Below, in pieces: positions 27,901 through 40,528 of a stretch of 64,000 nucleotides of DNA. How positions within the stretch are numbered: position 1 is the first letter of the stretch; every line of letters begins with the position of its first letter. The translations under genes and the position numbers were made by a program. Below the pieces are notes generated by a model. That model searched no databases. It was not told the DNA's origin and saw only the letters and a list, made by a program, of their open reading frames with translations. This DNA comes from Lama glama (lineage: Eukaryota): assembly GCA_028534125.1 (NCBI GenBank), contig CM052816.1, forward strand, positions 47,246,001 through 47,310,000, read 5' to 3'.

Positions 27901-28977
27901 CTTTTGTCTCAAGTCTCTCCCATCTCTTGATGCATTTTGTCTCCCTCCAGACTAATCTGCGTTTCTCTGGCTTTGTGATGGGGAGAGTTTCTGCTGCGTC
28001 GGAAGAGGAATAGAGTCCCAGCTTGATTTCTTTTATCGTTAAGTTTTTGCATTTGTTTAGCTCAGTATTTTTGGCAGTAAATGGCTTTATTGGAGGACTG
28101 TCCCACACACGGCAAGATGTTTGGTAGCCCTGACTCCACACTCTCTATTGCCACCAAAGACTCTCTGCTAAAAAAAACTTGGGGTAACTAAAAAGCAAAA
28201 ACAAAGAACTCTTCACACTTCGAGCTGCCTTCTAGGAAGGTAACCTTCCCCTGTTTGAGAACCCCTGGAGCTCTCTACAACTTGGATAATAGCTGTTTCC
28301 TACCATGTTCTGAGGTTCACACTAATTCACATAGAAACTCACTTACATGGAACAGTTTTACTACCTCTGTCCATTCTGTATCAAGTATTAGCCTTGTGAA
28401 ATCAACGTTCTTTGTGATCAAGAAAAATTATGTGTTTTGGGGTTGGTAAATGCCCTCTGCTGATCCTTTTCTGGGTTCAGAAGCCCAAATCCAAATGCTG
28501 CTTTGAAAAGAGGCTTCTTCCTGTTATTGAAATGTCCCTCAAATTAGTTGAAGTATGTTAAGCCATAAATACAAAGTTGTCTGAAGCAACTGGGTTATCC
28601 ACGTTTAAATCGAGGGACCAATGCCACGTGCGAGATGTGTGTTCTTGGCTTGTTAGCTGTGTATTTTCATAGCAATGATAGATTGCTTGGGTTTAGGCAA
28701 GTCAGCTTCTTGTTATTGGCCAGATCTACACTCAGCAGGCTTGTAAATAGACAATAGTTGAGGGCCCTCTTTCCTGAGTGGCCCAAGCTTGTCGTACCCA
28801 CTGAGGTACTGAAGGCTGTACTCCTTCCCTGATTAGACAAGGAAGGGCCATATTTCTTCAGGATCCACAGGTTTTGAAACAAGGTCCATCGCCCTTCCAC
28901 AGCACTGGTGTGTACCGCAGCCTGCGTGTGGTGAGGAGAAGCCTGAGCCTGCAGCCAGAGATCTGCTGCTTTCCCGC

Positions 28978-29326
28978 TGTGGCTTAGTTTGTTTGGGCTG
29001 CTATAGCAGAGTACCATGGGCTGGGTGGAGGCTTATATATAAAATCAGGAGAACAGAAATTTATTTCTCATAGTTCTGGAGGCTGGTGGTCTGAGATCAG
29101 AGTGCCCTCCTGTTGGCAATGCCAACGGAATGTCTTTGAGCTGTGGCTTAGGGCATGCTGGGGGTTGCCAGGGGAGGTGGGGGTGAGAGATCCCTGAGGC
29201 CTTTTTGTTAAGTGCACTAATCCTGTTCACGAGGATACCACTTTCAGGACCTAATTACCTCCAATACTATCACATTGGGGGTTAGGATTTCAACATGAAT
29301 TTGGGCAAGGACACAGTTCATTGCAC
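28978..29326 (-). mobile_element. MaLR solo LTR (MLT1A-like)
   Basis: ttagtttgtttgggctgctatagcagagtacca...gaaatttatttctcatagttctggaggctgg...gttaggatttcaacatgaatttggg. Confidence 0.85.
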
Positions 29327-29569
29327 ACTGGGACTCAAAAGAATAAAAGCTTGCTTATGTTTTGCCCTTATAAATTTGAGTTCTTATTTAGAGGAGAAAA
29401 ATACCTGCTCTTCATTTTACAAACTGTACAAATATAGGAAGACAAAATAAATTTGAATGCATGCTATGTTTGGAAAAAAAAAAGATCACATTAGACTTGA
29501 GAGTAAGCTCTGCACACTTGGTATGATTTAAAATATCAATGGGGTATATGTGCTCTGTTTTAGGCAGAG

Positions 29570-29710
29570 ATAATTACTGCTTTCCAGACCTGTAAGTGCT
29601 CTCCATTGCTCCAGCTCTCTTGCAGTTAGGCAGGGCCATGTGACTAGTTCTGCCAACTAGGGTGCAGTAGAGCAGTGAGGGAAGTGATGTGTGTCACCGC
29701 AGCCTTAAAT
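29570..29710. mobile_element. ERVL-type LTR fragment (LTR16/33-like)
   Basis: cttgcagttaggcagggccatgtgactagttctgccaa...gaagtgatgtgtgtcac. Confidence 0.55.
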
Positions 29711-32700
29711 TTGTAAGGATACGTTCATTATTTTGTATGCTATCAAGTGGACTAAATTTGAGATGTGCTAAAAAGGGACATAGAATATTTCTAAGATAAT
29801 GTCCAGCTGTCCCAGGAAAGGGAAGACATTACACTGGCTTGGTGTGACACCTTCACTTAAGAGCTAAGGCATAGTTTTATTTGGTTTGGTTGTGGTGGAC
29901 AACTTTGAACCAGGGCTGATAGTAATCCATTAGCTAGAAGGATCTAGTCTGAATGGGATCAATTCAGTCATTTAAAGACAAAAGCAAACTAGAAAATTGC
30001 GTCACCATGACAGTTTTAGTGCTTTTCAAGTTAGTGGTTTAAGCCATAGGAAATTAATTTTAACTCAAAAAGAAATTCACACACTATAAAGTACATAACC
30101 CATTTCCTTTGCCATTTCTCCTCTTACTTTCCCTGATACCTTGAAGCATATTATTTCGGGGGAATTCCCAAAGACTTGCCTCAAAATCCTTCTTTATACC
30201 TGCGATTGGCCTCTTTCTGTTCATTTAGAACCCTGGACAGATGTAACACACACAAAGAGACACACACTTACATACGCAGACCCATTAGAGGATCTTACCT
30301 AAAATCAAATATTTCTTCATTTGAGAACATTTTAGAATTTTGATTACTTGGTGCTATTAAAAAAATGGAGATTTTGTACCTTGTGTCCTTATGACCATCT
30401 TTTTTTTTTTGCACTTGGTGAACAACAAAAACAAGGAGAAAAAACACAGAACAATTTCACACCTAAAATTGAAGGAGTTGATTACTGTCATTTTGATGAT
30501 GTGCCTTTTATACGTTTGCAATGGTTAAGAAAGACTTTATGGTTTGGAGCATGAGCACTTTAAAGTGATTCAAAATTATTGAAGAGCTACAAATTTTATA
30601 AAGTGCTTCAATTTGTTACTGACTAGAGCTGCAGTGGAACGATTCGGCAGAGCTTTTAGTACTATGCACAGCCTGCAAATGCTCTCATAATCTTCCCAGG
30701 TGTCGCTCCTATACAAGTTGGGGCTCAGAATGGTCCTGCCCAGAGATGCTCCATTGCTAACAGCAGCAGAGCTTCTGTTCTGGAGACCTGCGTGCCACAA
30801 AAGAAGCACTCACACGTGGGTGTAATTTTGGCAATGCTGCAAACTCCATTGCAGGCTTCTGTTGTCATTTGGCTTTGCCAGAATTCTAAACTATTGGTCT
30901 AAAAAACTACTGGACTACTGGTGTCTTGAATGGGTTTAGACATACGCAGAGTGGAAAGTAAGTGGGATAAGACTGGGCAAAGTGGTGTAGACACTGCGAG
31001 ATGAGAAGATGACCTTTTAGTCCCTTTGAGACACACAGAGACTAATGTTTAAAAAGCTGGTGCTTTTGAGAGAGTTGGAAACTCTGTAAAAGCAGGTTTT
31101 AATGATTTTTTTTGCTGCTTTGCCATCAGCTTCCACTATTTTGCTGGACTTTGATTTGCGTGTTTTAGAGCAACAGTAAGTCCTGCTTATGTAAAATATG
31201 AAAGATAAGGCATAATCTTTGAAATTTAAAATAAACAGGTGGTTTAGATATTGACTTGTAATGTGGGATTCCACTAAAGCACATATATAATCATATATAT
31301 AATTCTGCCTTTTAAAATGGATTTACACAGCTGAGATGTCCTGTGTAGTACATGACTTCTCTATGTGATGGCTATAAATGGCACAGCATTTCATTTCTTT
31401 AGAACTAGGGTTGTAAAGCTCAGCTAGTTCATTAGGAGAAGCTAATCTTCAATCAGAAAAAGCTAAATGCATGAAAGTCAGTTCAAAGGCATAACCAATT
31501 CAGCAGTGGGATTGGGAGAGGGTGGCCTTTAGCAAGGCCTAGAACGTGAGTATTTGGCAATATTAAGAGTATCTGAAAATTCTTGGTCCATGTGGTTACC
31601 TCATACAGGTGCTTCTTGCCAGAGCTGAGGTTCCATATTTGCAAGACTCTTAACTCGTCAGTATGCTTTTTTACCACCATGTTGTTGATCATTCTATTTA
31701 AGAGCATGATGTCTCCCTTTTAGAAGAGAACTTCATATTTAGAATATAGCTGATAAATATTATTTAAAAGCAACAAGTAATTCTAATTTTTATGTGTAAG
31801 AAATGGAGAATTTGCATTGAGATTTATTAATATAATTAATTTGGGTGCCCAGCCTCTCCAAATTTAAAGGCACTAAGCATTTCTCCCTGTCTGGCTGTCT
31901 TGGTGGAGTTTCCTGTGAATACCTCAGTGAATGACTCTTTTGTCATGTAAAATATGAAGCAAGACTGTTTTCTGACCAGATCCGAGCCTTCTATCCACAC
32001 TATGCTAAGGCAGAGTCCAGGTCATCCTATACCTTTAAGGACAAGAGTGGGAAGATTATGTGTCATTTTAAGATCAGAGCTTTCTAGGAAAATAAATTTA
32101 TTTTCCCCCCTTACTGCTTTCCTTTTTCTCTCCTTAAATGAGCTTATACATGTAAAGAACGTAGAGTGCTTGACTATTATTACCATGTTATTACTTGTTT
32201 TTTGTATTTCCTCTCCTTTCTTTGTTTACTTTCTTTCTCCAGATAGTCATTTGTATCCCTGTCTTTTTTGAGATGTTGCTTTCGCTTATCAGGGAAATTC
32301 GAATTGACATTGACTCCCAACTCTGCTCCAAAGGGGACCCCAGATAAGAAACTGTTGTTAAGTGTGTGCACCCACCCACCATGAATGTCACGATCTGTCC
32401 CGCACAGTGTTCTGTTGGGGGATTTCAGCCAGATTCATTTAGTTCTGCCTGATCCACTTTGTGTTTTATTTGATTAAAGTGCAAGTACCTGAATATTTGT
32501 AAACAAAGCATTAAAATAACCAGGCATTCTGTTTTCGTTAAGAAAATTTGAGAGCTTCAAATTGAAACTGCCAGAACTTGGTAAAATAATTAGGAATGAG
32601 AGAGATTTGTCCTTCTTTCCTAAGCAGACCAACAACCAGAAGTAGGGGATATTTGCATATTGAATTAGTAGTATATTTTCATTTCAACTCCAGAGCCAAG

Positions 32701-33187
32701 CAGATACAGTATGAAGCTCTTTAACTTTGCCTCAAGAATGTGGTTTTATAATACCAAGATGATTATGTCTACATGTCTATTCAGTAACTTTGATCCAAGA
32801 AAGATCTCATCTGCCTTCAGTACTTCTTTATGAAACTATGACTTTTGAATTCTATAAATCAGGCTTTTGTTTTTTAAGTTAAATGTATTGAATGAGTATA
32901 AGCATTTTATAGGCTAGATATTATTTTGACTTAAACCCTTTACTCCATGTAAAGCTCTTTCCTTCTCATGTCCACCTTTCAAAATCCTGTCCCTCATTTT
33001 TTGCTTGATATTGCAATCATCCTGACTTAAAACTATCTTTCGCTCCTTTGAATGCCTCCTGTTGTACTTGCTCAGGTGACCCCTGTGACATTTATCACAC
33101 ACTGCAGACTCTTATTCTTAATATACCTTAATACACCTAATTTCCCAAAACTGATTGTCAGTCTTAAAACCTCGTCTGGACACATAG

Positions 33188-33350
33188 TTCATTCAGCATT
33201 TATTTGATTCATGTTTATCAATTGACCACAATGTTCAAGAGCTATGCTAGGCACTGGAGATGCAGTGGTGAAAAATAGACATGGCCACAGCCCCCGTGGA
33301 GCTGATCTATAAAGTGAGTAAAAGAACGAGGGACAAAGAATGTGTATCAT
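33188..33350 (-). mobile_element. L2 LINE 3' fragment
   Basis: ttcattcagcatttatttg...atgctaggcactggagatgcagtggtgaaaaatagacatgg. Confidence 0.7.
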
Positions 33351-33699
33351 TTTCAGTATCAAGTATAATGCCGTGATCATTGTCATGGTACTGAGGATAC
33401 TTTTGAGGAAGGATCTAATATTCTGTGTTTGTTGCTAAGCAATCTTGTATCTGCCTAGTAAAGGAATGTTAGCTGTTGGTGTGAATGCTTTTGCTACAAG
33501 TAGAATTTTTTAGTTTCTTCAGGTAGCGTTTGAAAAGCTGTGTGGTATAAATAAATTTCAATAAATCCAACATTGTCCCTTCCAGGCTTTTAACATTAAC
33601 ATAGGACCCCCTCTAGAAATAAATATTTCATATCCATTTCATATTATGAAGCATAAATTTGAAAAGAGAAGAGTTATGTTTGGTCATTTAAATCATCAA

Positions 33700-36280
33700 A
33701 GATTGTGTCTTAGAACTAACTTTCTTTCCAGTTTACACTCTAAATTAAACTCAGGTTTATGATTGACTGGAAACTGCCAATAAAAAGCAATCAATCAGGT
33801 GTAGTATCAAAGAAGTAAAGTATAAATGATATAAAACGAGTTTCAAATTTTTAAACCTAAGCTTCTTGTTCAATATGGCAGTCTAACCTCCTAAAATATT
33901 AATGAATTACAGAAAACCATCTTTAAACGTATAAAATGAAGAACGTAGGAGTCTTAACAGCAAAGGAGAGATTTTGAAAAGTTCTAGAAATTGAAAAATA
34001 TTGGATGAGCAGCAAATGATGTACCAGTGAAGAAGTAACCACTACCTAGAGTGTATGCAGAGGTGACCGCAGGCAAAGAGGGGCCAGTCTGCCCTGTGGA
34101 GCCCTAGAAGGCTCAGAACTTAGAATGTCTGAGAGAGGATGGAAGTGAGATGTGTGACTAAAAACAGGCACTTAATTGGTTACATATGATACTATCAAAA
34201 GCTCCTACCCCAGTTTACAGAGTGCAGGAAATTGTACCATTTCTCAGGCAAATATAACAAAGGGCCTTCCCAGGAGTCGTTATCAACATGGCTCTAGGGA
34301 AGCTTGTGTAGGCCGTGACACCCCAGAACAAGGCCTTTGAATTATGGCAAGTGTCTGTTCTTCAGTAAAATGGCCAGCTTCCCGATCACATTTCATTTAT
34401 TGAACTGCCAGTAAATAGGATCCTACCAGTGTTTAGAGAGCTACCAGTCAGCCATTTTACTAGTTCCTAGTTAGAAACAGAAACAAGTGTCTCTCATCCT
34501 TTGAGAAAAGCCAGCATATATGAGTGAAAAAGGCCACGAAAACCAGTCATAAAAAAAGCAGGCAGACGGGTTGATGGCAACATTCTGAAGGAAACAGAAA
34601 ATTTAGGATGAACAACAACAAAAAAATCCTTAAAAATTCTAATTTATACCACAGAAAGGTGAGAAAACAATGCACCTGTAAAATAAGAACAGGATGCTAT
34701 AAAAAAGAATAGGATGCTCTAAAAAAGAAATTATAGATCAAGTAAGTGCCCATGGCATTTAAAAATGTGATTATCAAACTAGAAAATCAATTGGTTGAAC
34801 AATAAGATTAAGTCAATTTAAAAGAAAGTAAAGCAAGTCGAAAGATAAATGGAAAATAAAATGGAAATGCAAGGGGGAAGGATTAATCTCAAAGACCAAC
34901 TCTCAACAAATAGGAATTTCAGAAACAGAAAAAAAAAAAAAAAGACTAAAGTGAGAAGCTAGAGTTGAAGGCCATGAGAAATTAGCACTAAAGCATCCAC
35001 TGAATGTTCAGAACAATGAATAAATGCAAACTCAAATTCGATACATTATTTAAATTTATAGAACACTAAGGATAAAGAGAAGACTCTAAAAGGCAGAGGG
35101 GGGAAAACTAACTTTCACAGAGGAATGAATGAGAATCAGATTGGATCAGTCTTCACACCAGCCATAGTAAAAGACTGAATTAATGTCTTAAAATTTCTGA
35201 GGGAAGATATTTTAAACCTAGAATTCTACATGCAGCCAAATTATCAATAAAGTGTGAAAATTGAATAAAGCACATTTTTAGACAAGAAAGAGCTCAGAAA
35301 AATTGTTTCCTATATGCTAAACCTTAGGAGTTTACTTGAGCAAAATGGGTAGAGGTGGAAGGAGTAATACAAAAAGCATGACATGAGATCCAATGCAGAA
35401 AACACTGGCTACAACCTCAGAAAGTAATGAAGGGGTGTCTCAGCTTTAAAGTTGTGCAGATAGCTTGAAGAGAAATTTGTCAACACTGAAGCAGAAAAGG
35501 AGAGGCTTATGGAGGGAGGTTTTAGACAGAACAGATTCCAAAGATTTTATACCATCTTGGAGGATCTGTAAAACTTATAGAGGCAACAAAGACAGATAAT
35601 TCAAAAAAAAGAAAAAAAAAAGTAACAGGAAACTCCCAAGAAAAACAAAAAGCTGTATAAGAGCAAATATAACTATGGTTGTACAATAAATAATATTTAC
35701 ATTGTCACAACAATTTTAAAACGATTTTGAATTTTATATTCAACTTATAAAAAAGTTCATAAACTATGAATTAAAAAAAGTGTAATGTCACCAATTTTGG
35801 TAAGATAAATACAAAATACAAAGAATGCTATTTGGGTGGTGAAAGATGAGAGGAGAGTGAAAGTGTGAACTCGAAGGATATTATATGAGGTTGTTGCATC
35901 AAGAAATACATGCGAAAATGTATTAGAATTAAAAAGGCAAACAATGTAGAAACTAAAAAATAGTGATGAAACTACATTGGGGAAATGGGTGGGAAAGAGT
36001 ACAGATAACCTGTATCTGCATTCCCATGGTAGGAAATTTATGACTCTCCAAAATTAATAAACAACAACAAAAAAGATGTAAAAACTTATTATTTAACAAT
36101 ATGGTGGTATCCTAAGAAAGAACAATCAGAAACAGTTTAAAACATGTGATTCTTTATGAGGGGCTATACTGGAAAGAGAGAAAGTTAGGGCAGGAGATTG
36201 GCTTTTCATTTTAAGTCATTCTATAGTATTTTTTAAAACCATGTATATGCTTTACTTTGATTAAAAATTTTATAGAAATA
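33700..36280 (+). mobile_element. Long degenerate L1/HAL1-like element
   Basis: Strong A-rich strand skew and an ORF1-like remnant (ctagaattctacatgcagccaaattatcaataaagtgtgaaa); no intact ORF. Confidence 0.6.
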
Positions 36281-36709
36281 TATAATTAAATATAATAAAT
36301 CTATAATCATAAATAAATAAGTTAGTAAGGGACAGAGAGAGCTCCTCTCAGAGGAAAATTAATGACCAGATTAAAAAGACTGTCTACTCTCATTTCAAGC
36401 TTCTTCATGCCCTGGCACAAATCTTCCTCATATTTCAGGCCTCCTCCAGATGAGACATTCTTAATACTTCCAAGATAGTACTTTCAGTGGGGAGCAGGGA
36501 GATTGTTTGCAAGTTTATTTCTGACATACAAAGAACATAACTGATTTCATATTTAGTGTAACAGAAACGTTCTCTGAAAATATCAGAATGGAAAAAATTG
36601 AGGTGAGGATGTTGTGAAAGTAACTAGGGGAGCCTAACCTAACTGAATATTGACATTTAAATTTTCAAAACAGCTGCAATTAGGATCCAATTCAATCTTT
36701 TATATCCCA

Positions 36710-36930
36710 CATAATAATAACTGATATTTATTATGTACTTATTTTATATCAAGTACTTTGCATCCATTATGTTTGTTCATTAAAATTCTGTGGGGTTAGT
36801 ATTTTCACTGCCAATTTTACAGTTGAAGAAGTGAGGCTCAGAGAGGTTAGGTAACTGGTCCAAGGTCTCACAGTCAAAAAACGGGGAGTTAAGGATGTGA
36901 ATCCAGCTCACCTGACTACAGTTCATGTTA
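36710..36930 (-). mobile_element. MIR SINE
   Basis: attttacagttgaagaagtgaggctcagagaggttaggtaactggtccaaggtctcacag. Confidence 0.8.
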
Positions 36931-36937
36931 TGCTGCC

Positions 36938-36994
<57 letters not shown>

Positions 36995-37032
36995 CCTTCC
37001 TACCTACCTACTTACCTACCTACCTACCTACC
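36938..37032. repeat. Compound tetranucleotide microsatellite (ATCT)n-(CCTA)n
   Basis: About 14 perfect ATCT units followed by an imperfect CCTA run. Confidence 0.95.
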
Positions 37033-37168
37033 AACATACCTGTCTGTTTATTTGCCTTTCGCAATGTAAGTGTAATCCTTGGATTCTTGGAAACAAGCAC
37101 CCTCTATTTTTCTGAGATTTCTCCATGTTCTTATACTTCGTAGGAACGAATTATGTGAGCATCAATTT

Positions 37169-37222
37169 TTTTAAACTTTTTTTGTTATTGAGTTATAGTC
37201 ATTTTACAATGTTGTGTCAAAT
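37169..37222 (-). mobile_element. Extremely 5'-truncated young retroelement (L1 3' end-like) with 15 bp TSD
   Basis: T-rich tail plus ttattgagttatagtcattttacaatgttgtgtcaaat. TSD tgtgagcatcaattt at 37154-37168 and 37223-37237. Confidence 0.8.
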
Positions 37223-37254
37223 TGTGAGCATCAATTTAACACTGTTTTGTATGA

Positions 37255-37470
37255 GGTCTTGTCTAATGGCTAAGAGCTCTGTCTCTAGAATCAGACTGCC
37301 TTTTTTTGAATCTGGCCCCAGCATAAACCAGTCATCAGCATCATATGATGCCGAGCAGTGAATTTCCTCACCTGTTAAATGGGCATAATAGTCCATGTTT
37401 CAGAGGGTTTTCCTGGGAGATTGAGATCATCCACACAAAACGCTAAGAACAATGTCTGACATGGTAACCT
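37255..37470 (+). mobile_element. MIR SINE
   Basis: gctaagagctctgtctctagaatcagactgcc...tgaatctggcccc...tttcctcacctgttaaatgggcataatagt. Confidence 0.7.
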
Positions 37471-38942
37471 TCTGGTCTTCCCAATGAAGTTTAGATTTTA
37501 CTTTCCCCATTTCCATCAGTCAGGAGACTTTTAAAAAGAATTTTATTATAATGAATGCTTAACAATTTATCTCAGATTTATGACATGTATTTAGTATTTT
37601 ATTGTGTTCATTTTGTGTTTTTCATTTATGAGCACTTATAATAATAAGGACCCAATATAGGAATCACTCCAAATCTGCCACTTCTCCTTTGGTTCTGAAC
37701 AGTCAGATATTAGGTACCTTGCATATTTATTCATTCAGTTACTAATTCACTTGTTCTCTGAAACATGTGCCAGGTATGTTGATAGGAATAAGGTGAAGAC
37801 ATACCAGCAAAAAGGCAGGTAATATGGTACCTAAATTGGTATTTGATTTCTGTCTTGTGTGAATGCTGGCTGTGGTAGGAATTAAGATAATAGTGTGTAG
37901 AATTCTGAATGTGCCTCTGTTAAGTCACTTGTAATCTGTTAACATTTAACAATTAAATGATTGTGGACTAGTGCAGCAGAATGGTGCCAAAAATCCTGTC
38001 AATGAATGCAAGAGGACCTTAAGCAGCTTATTGAAATTAAAAGAAAAAAAAAGTTAAAGTTTCAAAAATGGTATTCAGCTTTTATTCTGTGATGAGAAGA
38101 AAAATGCCAGTGCTTTAATTGCAAACATGATTTCCTAAAACATTCCAAGTTTTCCTTGGGGACTTTCAGGGCCAGGGATTGACTATCCCTGTGCCTGCTT
38201 GGAAAGAAAAGGGCTTGATCAAAGTGCTACGTCCGCTGGCACAGTTTAATCACTTAATACCTTTTTCCAATTGAAAACATAACCCAACCCCCTTCAGATG
38301 ATGGAGCACCTACACTTGATCTGTGTATGGCTTGTGCAGTCACTGATATTTCAAGGGAAGTCTTGTAATTGTCAAAATAGAAATTAATTTCATAGACTTG
38401 GGGCCAAGCTGAAAAAAATAAAAATTCATTGTAGTAATCTGCTGCTGATGAGTACTGAAAATGTTGCTCAGACTAAATAAGCTGTGTCAGCCCGGAAGAA
38501 TGGGCTTAGATGTGGGCTGAGTACTGGGAATAGTGGAAGGATGGAGGGAGAAGACGCAGAGAACTGAGGAAAGACTTTATTACTGGTGGAAAAGATAACT
38601 TCAAGGTCACTCTCAGAGAATATTTTCTCTACATAGTTTCTGATTCTTATAATTGCAGAAATCTAAACTGTCTTCCAGAGAAAGTTGTATTATCAAAGGC
38701 ATTAATTCACTGACTTAAATAGCTAGAGAAAAAGATTTAAGCTTTTTTTAGGGATGCACAGATCTTCTAGATAACACCATTCCTGAGATCCTCATTTCCA
38801 CAAGTAGATGGAGTGCTATTGTAGAAGTTCACTGAGCATTTGGCGCCTTTAAATTAGTGTAGGAACCAATCCTTCCATGCATGCAAAGGAATGCAGATGC
38901 TTTGTTGGTAGTGTTTTTGCTTATGAATGCTTCCAGTATAGA

Positions 38943-39120
38943 TCAGTTGTTCTTAAACTTTTTAGAATTGTGAATCTCTTCAGAAATTTAGTGAAAGACT
39001 TGCCCTCATTTACAGAAAAGTAGATATATGCATAAAAATACAAAATTCTTTATGATCCTTCCTGTGCATTCGTGAACGGTTAGATGGTTAGGGTTGATGG
39101 ATCAGGCTAGGAGTTCCTCT
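38943..39120. mobile_element. hAT-Charlie (MER-type) fragment
   Basis: cagttgttcttaaactttttagaattgtgaatctcttcagaaatttagtgaaag, a Charlie-like start. Confidence 0.5.
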
Positions 39121-40507
39121 TAGCAGTTAAAACATGGGGTATTACATAAAGTAGACAGTTTAAATAAGGCTAATTGTATACAATAGGAAAATATTGATTT
39201 TGAGATTAAAACTGTCTTACTATTTTATGTAACTGCAAAATATAATGAAGTGAAATCTGTCATAAACTGTACAATTTTTGAACTGTAGGTTATTTATTTT
39301 CCAAAATTAACAATGAGACCCAGTAGGGACAAAAGACTTAATCAAGTTCACCTAGCTAGTTTATAGCAGAGAAAATGCTATATTATATTCTATGCATGTA
39401 AGTATGTATGTGTACTAAACTTTCGAACTGCTATATGAACAGAGTAAAGGACAAATTTAACTTTTAAAAATGTACCGTTGCTTGTGAATAATATCTATTC
39501 TAATTTCTACCCCAACATATTAGGGCATTATGTAGCAAAAGGAGAAATCAAATTAAGAAATGCTTATAACTTTATTAAATCGGAAGACTTCACTAGAACA
39601 AATATTCTTAACATCTATACATTTTTAAAATGTCACCTATTTCTAATTCAATTGTAAAAAATACAGTATATTTATTTTTTCAAAGAATTTTGAAAGCAAT
39701 TTTCATGAAGCTTTAAATTCAAGAAAAAATTTCAACATTGCTTTCCAGGGAAGATTATTTGAAAACAGAAATGCTTTTTCAATTATTAAATCGATCAATT
39801 TGTTAAAAATTAAATGGCTTCAGTTCATGAATCAGATACCAACAAGCAGAACAAATAGGAAATAAATTGGGTGCTATTAGGAAGGATTTTAATATTGCAG
39901 TATTTTCATAGCTGTGTATTGGACCCTACTGTGAAGCACCGCCTGGGGGTGGAGAGGGGCCCAGGCACCTGCCTGGGCTTGCCGGGCAGTTGGTCTGTGG
40001 CTCACACTCCGAGAAAACCAGACGTCGATCCTCAGCTTGTCCTGTTGAGGCATCGCTGCCCCCTGTGGAACTGCTTTTGTTTTGAAAAACTGGCACTTTT
40101 GAGACTAGAACCGTCCATTCTTCATTCATCCTCTACCCTTAGAAGCTTTAGGGAGGGAATGTTGTTTTGACCTTAAGCTCCTTCCAGAAGACTGGGTTCT
40201 GAAGGATGTTACCGCCAGGTGATTAATTCCCACTCTGGAGGCCGTCAGCCCCCTGGAGACAGCTGGTGTCCGCTCGTGGAGGGCAGGAGCCACCTCCTGT
40301 CACCCTGGGTGCACCCTGCTGCGCTGGGCTCAGGGTGCGACTTTTCTCCGCCCCTTACGCCCTGCCAAGTTTCAGGGTTCAGATTCTGGGCGTTGGCACT
40401 CACTTCCAGAGAACATGGGCCAGCGTAGCCAAAGGGATCAAAGACTCCAGATCCGTCGCCCGCAGGAGGCACGAGATTGGCCCTTCACTTCCTGAAAGTT
40501 CTGTCTC

Positions 40508-40528
40508 TTCAGCACCGTGGGGAGAGCC
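40508..40528 (+). promoter_or_regulatory. RE1/NRSE (REST) motif
   Basis: TTCAGCACCGTGGGGAGAGCC versus consensus TTCAGCACCnnGGACAGCGCC: perfect left half, canonical 2-nt spacer, imperfect right half. Confidence 0.6.

Noticed and set aside
36897..37143. ORFs with LSIY/YLPT repeats
   Set aside because: Translations of the (ATCT)n/(CCTA)n microsatellite.
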